A stretch of DNA of 63,253 nucleotides, counting the filler. It is 3 parts of 3 records of this genome, joined end to end, with 100 filler letters (N's around TTAATTAATTAA, not from the genome) between each part and the next. Parts side by side here need not be neighbours in the genome. Positions count along the whole stretch, not along the records: positions 1 to 23,339 come from SRR31156797_702; 2 more parts are not named here. One strand, given 5' to 3'. The notes beneath the pieces were generated by a model, which worked only from the letters and a program-made list of their open reading frames with translations, had not been told where the DNA came from and did no database searches. Positions within the stretch are counted from its first letter, which is position 1, and each line of letters opens with the position of its first letter. Positions 1 to 8,591 of the stretch are shown piece by piece. The position numbers and the translations under genes are program-made.

Positions 1-30
1 GAATCGAACCTGCGGCACCAGGATTAGGAA
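1..30 (-). tRNA. 3' fragment of tRNA-Arg(CCT); probable att site, not a complete gene in this window
   Basis: Minus strand reads TTCCTAA (anticodon loop, CCT) TCCTG GTGCC GCAGG TTCGATT C (T arm). The bases 5' of the loop (TAGAG) cannot pair with TCCTG and there is no D arm. Confidence 0.8.
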
Positions 31-158
31 CTCTAGAACACCATTTTCACACACCCTCACAGAAGCGCACTAAACACCTTTTATTTATTGACTTTATTCA
101 TCTTAGCACTCATCATTAGCTAACACAAGATCACACGTTTTCACTGAGAATCATCACA

Positions 159-179
159 AAAGTGGTGGGAAAGTGGTGG
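159..179 (+). repeat. Tandem 10-mer AAAGTGGTGG x2, candidate integrase arm-type sites
   Basis: Exact direct repeat at 159-168 and 170-179 between the att core and the integrase start. Confidence 0.5.
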
Positions 180-203
180 TTTTGGATTCTGAAGGGGGAA
201 CAA

Positions 204-1469
204 ATGGCTAGACCAAAACTAGAAACTTCGACCAAGTTCAAAGGGGTCCGCTGGTACAAGCACGACACCCGCAAACATGGCATTAAATACGATCGCTGCT
301 TATCTGTCAGATACGCTCATGGCGGCAAACGCTATGAAAGCGTCCTTGGCTGGGAGACAGAAGGATGGTCTGAAGAAACAGCCTATCTCAAAAGAGCTGA
401 ATACCTCCACAACCTCAAAACCGGTGAAGGACCCTACTCCAGAAAAGAAGAACTCGCAGAAGAAAAGGAAACCAATGAGGCGACCAGAAAAGCTGATCAG
501 GAGAAAGCTGCCCAAGAACGCCTCGAGGCCATAACCTTCGGTACGGTCTTCGATGCCTACATGGAATGGGCAAAGACCAACAAGAAACACTGGGGCAACG
601 ATGAATATCGCTACCGTGTTCACCTTGAAAAGCATCTCCACGACAAGAGATTCAAGGAAATTTCAACCTTCCAGCTAGAAGAGATCAAGGCGAAGCTCCT
701 CAAAAAGCTTGCCCCTGCCACAGTGAAGCACTGCATTGTCGTTATCAGGCAAGTCTACAACCGGGCTCAGGAAGGAAGTCTGGGTATCGATGGTAAACCA
801 TTCGAATGGGAAGGACTGAATCCGGTCTCCGGGGTTAAGCTGAAGAATCTCGGCACACACAATGAGAAGATTCGCACCATCGACACACTTGATTCCAAAG
901 ATGGCAAACCTAGGCGCGATGAGAAACTGCTTATGGATATGCTCAAGGAAAAATCCTTCATTACATATGGACTAGCTATGACCAGCCTCTACGCCGGTTT
1001 AAGGTTCGCTGAGGCTGCAAACCTGAGGTGGATGCACATTGACCTCATCAGCGGACATATCAACTGTCTTGACGGAAAAGGCGGCTTAGATCGTAAGATT
1101 TTGATTCCGATCCACCCAAAGCTGAAAGTAGAACTCGAAGAACAAAAGAAACGTCTGGGTTCCCCTACTCCTGATGCGCTCGTCTGGCCCAATAGGAACG
1201 GCAGCACAGTCAACAAGATCAGCGCGACCTTCCCACGCGCAGTAAAAGAACTGGGCTTCAACAAAGGGATCGACGATAGACGCATGAAGCTCGACTTCCA
1301 TAGCCTGCGCCACAGCTTCGCAACCAGACTGGCCGATGCCGGTACTCCCCTAACCGTACTCCGAGACCTGCTGGGCCATCGTGACCTGACCATGGTCTCC
1401 AGATACGCTAAGTCCAGCCAAAGCATCGCCGACGAAGCCATTGCCCGTATCGGCGTGACTGACACATAA
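204..1469 (+). CDS. Tyrosine integrase
   Basis: Motifs AGLRFAEA, HSLRHSFAT, LLGH...MVSRY; start placed at ATG 204 after a GAAGGGGG RBS. Confidence 0.93.
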   Translation: MARPKLETSTKFKGVRWYKHDTRKHGIKYDRCLSVRYAHGGKRYESVLGWETEGWSEETAYLKRAEYLHNLKTGEGPYSRKEELAEEKETNEATRKADQEKAAQERLEAITFGTVFDAYMEWAKTNKKHWGNDEYRYRVHLEKHLHDKRFKEISTFQLEEIKAKLLKKLAPATVKHCIVVIRQVYNRAQEGSLGIDGKPFEWEGLNPVSGVKLKNLGTHNEKIRTIDTLDSKDGKPRRDEKLLMDMLKEKSFITYGLAMTSLYAGLRFAEAANLRWMHIDLISGHINCLDGKGGLDRKILIPIHPKLKVELEEQKKRLGSPTPDALVWPNRNGSTVNKISATFPRAVKELGFNKGIDDRRMKLDFHSLRHSFATRLADAGTPLTVLRDLLGHRDLTMVSRYAKSSQSIADEAIARIGVTDT

Positions 1470-1472
1470 AAA

Positions 1473-1502
1473 ATGCCGCATTGTCCAACGACAGTGCGGC
1501 AT
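1473..1502. terminator. Probable bidirectional terminator between integrase and fic
   Basis: ATGCCGCATTGT-CCAACG-ACAGTGCGGCAT hairpin between convergent genes. Confidence 0.65.
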
Positions 1503-1529
1503 ATAAAATTTTATAAACGACAACTCAAG

Positions 1530-2285
1530 CTAACGGCTACGACCTTCCTCATCCAGTCCCAGAGCAAACCAATAAGGCTTGAAACTTTCAACAACAAGCT
1601 TCTCGGTCATTTTCAAAAACGGACCATAGTCGAGCTTCACACAAGCAGCTTCCAGAGCTTCATAATATTTCAACCGCTCAGAATTCTGAAATACAACCGG
1701 CGGGAATCCACCTTTCATCAATTCAAGGTTCATCAGCAGCCGAGAAGTACGCCCGTTACCGTCAGCAAAAGGATGGATCTTCACGAAATCCACATGGACA
1801 CGGGCAGCGCGTTCAACAACATGCAGATCAGCTCCGTCACCGTTGTACCAATCCATGAACCGATCAATTTCATCCTGCAAATTCAGAAAATCCGGCGGCA
1901 CATGCTCGGCACCGGAAATAGTTACGTTCACAGTGCGGAACACCCCGGCATTACGATCATCAATCCCCTTCAGGATAAGGCTATGAATTTCCTTGATAGT
2001 ACGCACATCTAAAGGATCACCCTGCTCCACCAAAGCGTAGACAAGGTTGATAGCATGAGCATGGTTGGTAGCCTCAAGGTGCTCGGCAATAGATTTGCCA
2101 CCAACGGTCACGCCTTCAAGCACAACCTTGGTTTCCTGAAGCGTGAGAGTGTTCCCTTCAATGGCATTAGAGTTGTAGGTCCAACGCAGGGCCAGATCTT
2201 CACGCAGGTTCTTGACCACTTCGGGCGGAAGCGGCCTGTGTGCGTCGAGGCGGGATTTTAGGGTGTCGAGGATTTGTGTGTTCAT
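1530..2285 (-). CDS. Fic family protein (class II type, N-terminal inhibitory helix)
   Basis: Fic motif HPFADGNGRTSR; inhibitory motif SNAIEGN. Confidence 0.93.
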   Translation of the reverse strand: MNTQILDTLKSRLDAHRPLPPEVVKNLREDLALRWTYNSNAIEGNTLTLQETKVVLEGVTVGGKSIAEHLEATNHAHAINLVYALVEQGDPLDVRTIKEIHSLILKGIDDRNAGVFRTVNVTISGAEHVPPDFLNLQDEIDRFMDWYNGDGADLHVVERAARVHVDFVKIHPFADGNGRTSRLLMNLELMKGGFPPVVFQNSERLKYYEALEAACVKLDYGPFLKMTEKLVVESFKPYWFALGLDEEGRSR

Positions 2286-2516
2286 ATCTTTTGGTCAATC
2301 ATTTATATTTTAGTATAGGATTTTTTTAATTCCGCAAACCAAACTCAATTGATCAGCAACAATAACCATGAACTAGAAGAAACTCAATATATTCAAGGAT
2401 AAACTTTAATAAACAACCTTGTAAAACATCATCCGCTGATATAAACTACGTACCAGCCAACTCACAGACCTATGCTTCCACCCAACCAGCACCAACAACT
2501 TGATTTTTAGAATAAA

Positions 2517-5087
2517 ATGATAACTAACCCCCAAGACCAAGATTCAAAAATGCCCCGTCCTTTCCAAAGAGAGTGCGCTGAACAAAACGGCATGCGATCT
2601 CTTATATTTCTGGACAACTGGACTATATACAGTTCAATTCTGAAGTGGTGTCACAGCAACAATGTCTACAAAATATCAACACTGTGTAAAGATAACGACA
2701 GATATTACGGCAATTACATTGTAACATTCACAGACGAGCTATACGACGACAAAATTGCCACCCTCATACGTTTTTACTTATTACTTGTCGATAACTACGC
2801 TGTAGACAAAAATCAAATAGAACTATTCAGCGACGAAAATAAAAACATCTTCCTACAAGTAAACTTTGAAGCGTTTTCATATGGAGAAGGAGATACAAAT
2901 CTCAAACAAATATATAAAAAAATGACAGATATACTTCAGGGTCAAATTTTTAATGACAATTCAAGGATTGTAGCACCCATTATGATTAATCCATATACCC
3001 ACTACATTCCCTGTTTCTCTAGTGACCTACAGCCATATTTGACATTTGATTCTTTCAGCGAAACCTTAGACACCGGCAATGACACATCTCACTTACTTAT
3101 AGACCAACCAAACAACAAAAGAATTAACTGGATCGAATTCTATAATAACAAAAGACCAAAATTTTCACATAAAAAATCTTTACTACGCAGCGTTTATTTA
3201 GATGCAAAACGTGAAATTTCAAAAGAAGAAATAATTCCCCAACAGCACTTACCAAACCTTGAAGACTGCGATTTGCTTAAAAGTGTACTGGCAACAACAT
3301 CATGGACAGATAAAGACGAACTCAACTTTCTCGGTGGAATCTGCAATCATTTCGAGCTTCGATCTTTTCGACAGCTATGCATATATAGCAAAACATTAAA
3401 CCCAGAAATGCGCCAAGCCGACAAAGCCGCTTCATGGCTCAAATGTAAACTTAAAGCAAAAAGCTGCAAGGAATTAGCAGAAAATTTTAATTACAAATGC
3501 CCAGCTGAATGTAATGTAACTACCCCTTTAGCTCTTCCACAGACAACACCACTCCATACTGGACTAAATTCGCTATTTATTACAATTAACAACAACATCT
3601 ACTACGAAGACGAATATAGAAACAAAATAAAAGTATGCTCAGAATATGTATCTTCAACGAAAATCAATGACCAATACGAAAACTACTGGGGGCATTCTGT
3701 CTATTTTAAAAACACTTTTAATTATATAAAAATTGCAGGTAAGAGCAAAAAAAATATCTTAACCTATCTAGAACGTATAGGCATTAAAATATACAACAGA
3801 AACCTAGCATATCAATATGCAATAGACGCGGTAGTACATTATTCAAAAGACAAAATACCAGTTAGCATAACAGGAACCCCTCACGCTGGCTGGGTTGAAA
3901 ACAATCTTACGGCACCATATACATTCCCATATCGACGGCACACAGAGATCACTATGTCGCCATTCCTGTTTGGACCTAGTTACAAAAACGGTTTCAACTG
4001 TTCTGGAACACTAGAAGAATACCTTCAAGAGCTTTCTAGAATTCAACTCGATAACAATATGAAACTTGCGCTATCAGCAACTCTTGCTGGCCCTCTGCTA
4101 CGCCTGACAGAATCACCAAGCTTCGCAATCCACCTTTGGGGCGGCACACCAGAATATCGAAGACAAATCATAAAACTGGCCAGCTCTATTTGGGGAAATT
4201 CTCATTTTGCTGTTAGCTTCTCTCGCCTATCTGAAAACATTGGTGAAATTGCAGCAGCTCACAACGACAATACCATACTACTCAACATCAACCAATCTGT
4301 TAGCCAAACCAAGGCACACAACTTACTAAAGTCATTGCTCTCCGGAACATCCTCCGACACAGATTATGGCTCATCATTACGTCATATAATCCTCTCCGTG
4401 GGTCCCAACCCCATCCAAGTTAAAAATCAAGAAGCTAGAATAATCAACTTTGAACTCAAAAATTTCATTCCAACCAATTTCGATCACACCAAAACATTTA
4501 TCAACAACCATGGACACCTTGGACCTACTTTCATTCAAAAAATATCACCACCAACAACAATTAGAGAGATTTTTCACTCTAAACGAGCTTCATTTCCGTC
4601 TATGCTTAATAGCAAGCAACAAGAGCCTGCAATCATATTTACAGTATTGAAAACAGCTATTGAGATTGCATGCAACACCAAACTATTACCAATATATGCA
4701 AAAGATGCCTGCAATATGATAGATCAAATATTCTTTAACTGGCGCACAAATAGAACAGAAACGGAACAGAACGCTATCAAACAGGTACTGCATACAATGC
4801 AAAGGCATCATCAAAATGCCCGTTTTGAAGATTCCACAAAATGTTGTACTGGAACAGAATACGATGGATATCGATTCACTGAGTCAAACCGACAAGGGAT
4901 CCTTTTCCCTACACAGAAATTTAAAACCCTCTTTTGTGCCACAGTAAAGCCTAAACGATTGGCGGAGCTGCTGCTAAATGAAAAAATGCTCGTGCAAGAC
5001 AGGAATGGCAGTTTGAGCAGTTCCCACTGGGTCAAGAGTCTACGGAAGTCAGTTCGCGGCTATTTCATTCAATTTCCCCAAAAGTAA
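2517..5087 (+). CDS. Degenerate AEP primase-like + Cys domain + DUF927-like helicase protein, catalytic motifs apparently lost
   Basis: N-terminus aligns by eye to 5897-8395; C-terminal half has DUF927-like blocks (SGTLEEY, LALSATLAGPLL, IHLWGG, ASSIWG) but no GKT Walker A. Confidence 0.65.
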   Translation: MITNPQDQDSKMPRPFQRECAEQNGMRSLIFLDNWTIYSSILKWCHSNNVYKISTLCKDNDRYYGNYIVTFTDELYDDKIATLIRFYLLLVDNYAVDKNQIELFSDENKNIFLQVNFEAFSYGEGDTNLKQIYKKMTDILQGQIFNDNSRIVAPIMINPYTHYIPCFSSDLQPYLTFDSFSETLDTGNDTSHLLIDQPNNKRINWIEFYNNKRPKFSHKKSLLRSVYLDAKREISKEEIIPQQHLPNLEDCDLLKSVLATTSWTDKDELNFLGGICNHFELRSFRQLCIYSKTLNPEMRQADKAASWLKCKLKAKSCKELAENFNYKCPAECNVTTPLALPQTTPLHTGLNSLFITINNNIYYEDEYRNKIKVCSEYVSSTKINDQYENYWGHSVYFKNTFNYIKIAGKSKKNILTYLERIGIKIYNRNLAYQYAIDAVVHYSKDKIPVSITGTPHAGWVENNLTAPYTFPYRRHTEITMSPFLFGPSYKNGFNCSGTLEEYLQELSRIQLDNNMKLALSATLAGPLLRLTESPSFAIHLWGGTPEYRRQIIKLASSIWGNSHFAVSFSRLSENIGEIAAAHNDNTILLNINQSVSQTKAHNLLKSLLSGTSSDTDYGSSLRHIILSVGPNPIQVKNQEARIINFELKNFIPTNFDHTKTFINNHGHLGPTFIQKISPPTTIREIFHSKRASFPSMLNSKQQEPAIIFTVLKTAIEIACNTKLLPIYAKDACNMIDQIFFNWRTNRTETEQNAIKQVLHTMQRHHQNARFEDSTKCCTGTEYDGYRFTESNRQGILFPTQKFKTLFCATVKPKRLAELLLNEKMLVQDRNGSLSSSHWVKSLRKSVRGYFIQFPQK

Positions 5088-5532
5088 TCGCGACAAAAAA
5101 CAATTAAACGCAGTATCATTTACACCTTACTATAATCGTTTTTACCTACCATACAAAATACATAAAATTAATGACATACAGAATACATTTATAATTAACA
5201 CAAATACAATAAATCAAATACAAATACATTTAACTAAATACATATTTCACAATTAAAACAACACACTTAAATAAAAGAATTAATTCACCAAAACTGCTAA
5301 ATAATCTGAGAATTAGTATATATTCAACCTGCCTCTTCATTAATATATACAATAACTATTCATGATCTTCAAAATTATGATTTTATAAAAATAGATAGGC
5401 TCTCTTTACCTATCCACTAAGTCGCAAAAACTAAGATATTGAAATCAAACAAACCTCCTGAAAATACCGAAAAATATTTTTCTACAAACTTTCGAAATCC
5501 TATGTGAACAAATTTAAACTTAGGAGATCTGA

Positions 5533-5796
5533 ATGGAAAATTTGCGAAATCAGCTTATTGAATTTCTTCCTCCCGTATTTGCAGCAACTTCCCTTGACGC
5601 ACTTACTGGGCAGGCCGTCAAATGGAGGACGATACAAAATTTCCGCGCAAGAAAAGACCCACCAAACAAGATTCCAAATAGGTGTTTTTTACGTGATGGC
5701 AAACGAAAAATACTGATTGTTAGAGACCCATTTCTTGAATGGTGGCTAGCACGGCTAAGCTACAATGAATCAGAAGATGAGGTAGTAGAACAGTGA
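5533..5796 (+). CDS. Small DNA-binding protein, excisionase/AlpA-like
   Basis: 87 aa, AGGAG RBS, basic wHTH-like pattern (GKRKILIVRDPFLEWW), directly upstream of the primase gene. Confidence 0.55.
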   Translation: MENLRNQLIEFLPPVFAATSLDALTGQAVKWRTIQNFRARKDPPNKIPNRCFLRDGKRKILIVRDPFLEWWLARLSYNESEDEVVEQ

Positions 5797-5847
5797 TGGC
5801 AACGGGCACAGCTGTACACAGACTATCGACACGATAACCCCGCAACC

Positions 5848-5884
5848 AGGGCTGAGATAAACTAAAATCTCAGCCCTTTTCTTT
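5848..5884 (+). terminator. Terminator-like hairpin directly before the primase RBS
   Basis: AGGGCTGAGAT-N8-ATCTCAGCCCT followed by TTTCTTTT, then AGGAG. Confidence 0.6.
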
Positions 5885-5896
5885 TAGGAGTAAAAA

Positions 5897-8395
5897 ATGA
5901 CAAAAATTCGTTACTGGGCACCTACCAACGGAAACAAGCCTGGGCAATGGCAGATAATTGAAGACTCATCAAATGTTGTGACACGCGCAAAAGAACAAGG
6001 AGCTGCATTCATATCAACAATGGCATTTGAATATGAACCCAAAGAAGACAAATCGGAACCATATCGCTACGGAGACCTTGTTTTCGACCTTGACAATGAA
6101 GACGACCCAGAAATTGCAAGACAGGACTGTCTAACCATCGTCCATCACTTGGAGAAATACGAAGTAGACCCTAACGACCTACGCTTTTTCATATCTGGCA
6201 AAAAGGGGTTTCATATTGTTGTACCTGATTACATCCTCGGGGCACACGATGGGGATCCCATGTTACCCAAAATATACGGTAAGATAGCCACATTTATGGC
6301 TACACGTCTCTGGCCCGAAGACGCGAACACAGTAGACATGACCATGTACGCAATGGGCAAGGGTAAGCTTATCCGTGTTGCAAACATCCGCAGAGAAGAA
6401 GGCACATATAAAGTCCCAATATCATGGCAAGAGCTTCAAGAACTCAACTACTCGAAATTAATCCAGCTAGCATCTAAACCTCGTACTATAGCACTAAAAT
6501 CATGGAATATGCATATTCCCCAAAGACTTTACGGACTCTATAACACCTTTAAAATGATCGAACACAACCCAAAAACCAGCAAAATTGTTGACGCTTCAAA
6601 ATTCATAAAAAATTGTAAGTTCATCCAACACTGCCTAAAAAATGCAAAAACCCTTAGTGAGCCAGAATGGCACGCATTGTTATCTGTAATCAAAGGATTA
6701 GGAAAAGATGGGTACTGGCTTGCTCATGATTTTAGCTGTAATTACCCAAATTACTCTCATGATGAAACTAAAAACAAGCTAAGCCGAGTTGAACCGAATA
6801 TCCGTTGTGAAAAGATTAAGGAACTTTACGACTGTGGGTGTGACTGTGGCATTTCGTCACCATCCAAGCTGTGGACAAAAGCATCCGCAGTCGATTCACA
6901 AGGCGCAGCCAAGCACAGTGATTCTGTAAAACTACTAGAGCTAGCCGAAAAATTCACCCTTTACCCATCTGATGAAGGAGTGCCCTATGCTGATATCAAC
7001 ATTGATGATTGCCGTAAGACAATTCACATAGAAACTAGAGAATTCAGACAGTTAGTTAGTTTCTTATTCTATCAGGAAACAGGCAAACCACTCAAAAATA
7101 ATCTTGCAAGTGACCTGATCCTTGACCTTACCGCCAAAGCAATTCATGGCCCATACGAACCCCGCAAGATTTATACAAGAATAGCCCATTTAGAAGATGC
7201 TATTTATATTGACCTCTGCGACGAATCGTGGCGAGCTATCGAAATCACAGCTGCAGGCTGGGATATAGTAGATTCTCCACCTGTCCGATTTCGACGTGTA
7301 AAAAGTATGCAAACTCTGCCTGAGCCTGTGCGTGGTGGTAAAGTGAGCGAACTAAGAACCTTGCTGAACATCGATTCTGAAGAATCAATTTTGCTGGAAG
7401 CGTGGATGATCGGCACACTAACTCCGGGACCATACCCAATCCTCATTCTCGAGGGCGAACATGGCACAGCCAAAAGCACCACCACCCGCATATTGCGACA
7501 AATAATTGATCCATGTGTGGGAATCAGTCGACCTTCCCCACGCAACGAACAAGACCTAATAATTGCGGCGAATAATTCCCATATACTTGCTTTAGACAAC
7601 CTGTCTGGGGTCCAGCCTTGGCTCTCGGACGCTCTATGCAGAGTGGCAACGGGTGGAAGTTTCTCTACTCGTAAACTCTTCACAAATGACGAGGAATCAA
7701 TACTCACAGTAATAAAACCAATTGTTCTCAATGGTATAGATAAGATCGCAGAAAGACATGATCTTGCAGACAGAAGCCTCCGGGTAACATTACCATTTAT
7801 ACCTCCTGAGAAACGTATGACTGAAAACCAACTAAATGCAGCCTTCAGACGTGCAGCCCCAAAAATCCTAGGAGGCCTATGCGATGGACTGGCATGCGCA
7901 CTAAAAAACTTAAAAAATGTAGAAATCAAAAATCCACCACGTATGGCTGATTTCACTCATTGGGCTGTTGCAGCAGAAGATGCTATGCCGTGGAAAAAGG
8001 GTGAATTCTTCGAAAAGTACTCTAGGAACCAAAGTGAATCCATCCAAAGTGCCTTGGAGTCTGATGAGATTGCAAATGCCATTAAAATTCTCATGAACCA
8101 AACAAGCTTCTGGGAAGGCAAACCGACAGACCTGCTTAATGCACTGGACACTATTGTCGATGAAAAAGTTACTCAACTGAAATCTTGGCCGAAAACACCA
8201 GTAGCCTTAGGTAAACGACTGACTCGGACCCAGGCATTTCTGAGAAAATCAGGTGTTGATATCATCAGAGAGAAAGGTGGCAATCGAACTATTACGATCC
8301 AGAAAACTTATGAAGAATCAGAGCCAACTTCCATAGGAGCAACAGAAGAAGCAAAGTCTCAAACAATAAGCATCGATCAGTTCTTTAATGAATAA
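5897..8395 (+). CDS. AEP-family primase fused to a Cys-rich domain and a P-loop helicase/ATPase
   Basis: AEP motifs VFDLD and SGKKGFH; Cys cluster (NCKF...RCEK...CGCDC); Walker A GEHGTAKST; Walker B-like LALDN. Confidence 0.8.
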   Translation: MTKIRYWAPTNGNKPGQWQIIEDSSNVVTRAKEQGAAFISTMAFEYEPKEDKSEPYRYGDLVFDLDNEDDPEIARQDCLTIVHHLEKYEVDPNDLRFFISGKKGFHIVVPDYILGAHDGDPMLPKIYGKIATFMATRLWPEDANTVDMTMYAMGKGKLIRVANIRREEGTYKVPISWQELQELNYSKLIQLASKPRTIALKSWNMHIPQRLYGLYNTFKMIEHNPKTSKIVDASKFIKNCKFIQHCLKNAKTLSEPEWHALLSVIKGLGKDGYWLAHDFSCNYPNYSHDETKNKLSRVEPNIRCEKIKELYDCGCDCGISSPSKLWTKASAVDSQGAAKHSDSVKLLELAEKFTLYPSDEGVPYADINIDDCRKTIHIETREFRQLVSFLFYQETGKPLKNNLASDLILDLTAKAIHGPYEPRKIYTRIAHLEDAIYIDLCDESWRAIEITAAGWDIVDSPPVRFRRVKSMQTLPEPVRGGKVSELRTLLNIDSEESILLEAWMIGTLTPGPYPILILEGEHGTAKSTTTRILRQIIDPCVGISRPSPRNEQDLIIAANNSHILALDNLSGVQPWLSDALCRVATGGSFSTRKLFTNDEESILTVIKPIVLNGIDKIAERHDLADRSLRVTLPFIPPEKRMTENQLNAAFRRAAPKILGGLCDGLACALKNLKNVEIKNPPRMADFTHWAVAAEDAMPWKKGEFFEKYSRNQSESIQSALESDEIANAIKILMNQTSFWEGKPTDLLNALDTIVDEKVTQLKSWPKTPVALGKRLTRTQAFLRKSGVDIIREKGGNRTITIQKTYEESEPTSIGATEEAKSQTISIDQFFNE

Positions 8396-8398
8396 GAA

Positions 8399-8426
8399 AG
8401 GAGGCCTGGAATAATCCAGGCCTCCT
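8399..8426. terminator. Hairpin terminator after the primase gene
   Basis: AGGAGGCCTGGA-ATAA-TCCAGGCCTCCT, perfect 12-bp stem. Confidence 0.7.
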
Positions 8427-8440
8427 ACTATACTTTTTTA

Positions 8441-8567
8441 TGCGGGTACTGCGGTTACGGCGGCAGTTTTACTCAACATAAATGCACGCTAAAAAAAAAC
8501 TTTTTTTTATATTTTTTATCATTAAAAATTGTTTCTCGAAAATACCGCCATACCCGCCCAAACCGCA
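8441..8567. repeat. Candidate replication origin: two inverted sets of three 9-bp-spaced GCGG iterons around an AT-rich core
   Basis: GCGG at 8442, 8451, 8460; CCGC at 8545, 8554, 8563; A/T tracts in 8471-8540. Confidence 0.6.
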
Positions 8568-8591
8568 TAGAAAAAACATTTATACGATCAC

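Noticed and set aside
1473-2012. 179-aa plus-strand ORF and similar antisense ORFs throughout (e.g. 7204-7956, 9694-10266, 58070-58678)
   Set aside because: They lie opposite well-supported genes and have no recognisable motifs.
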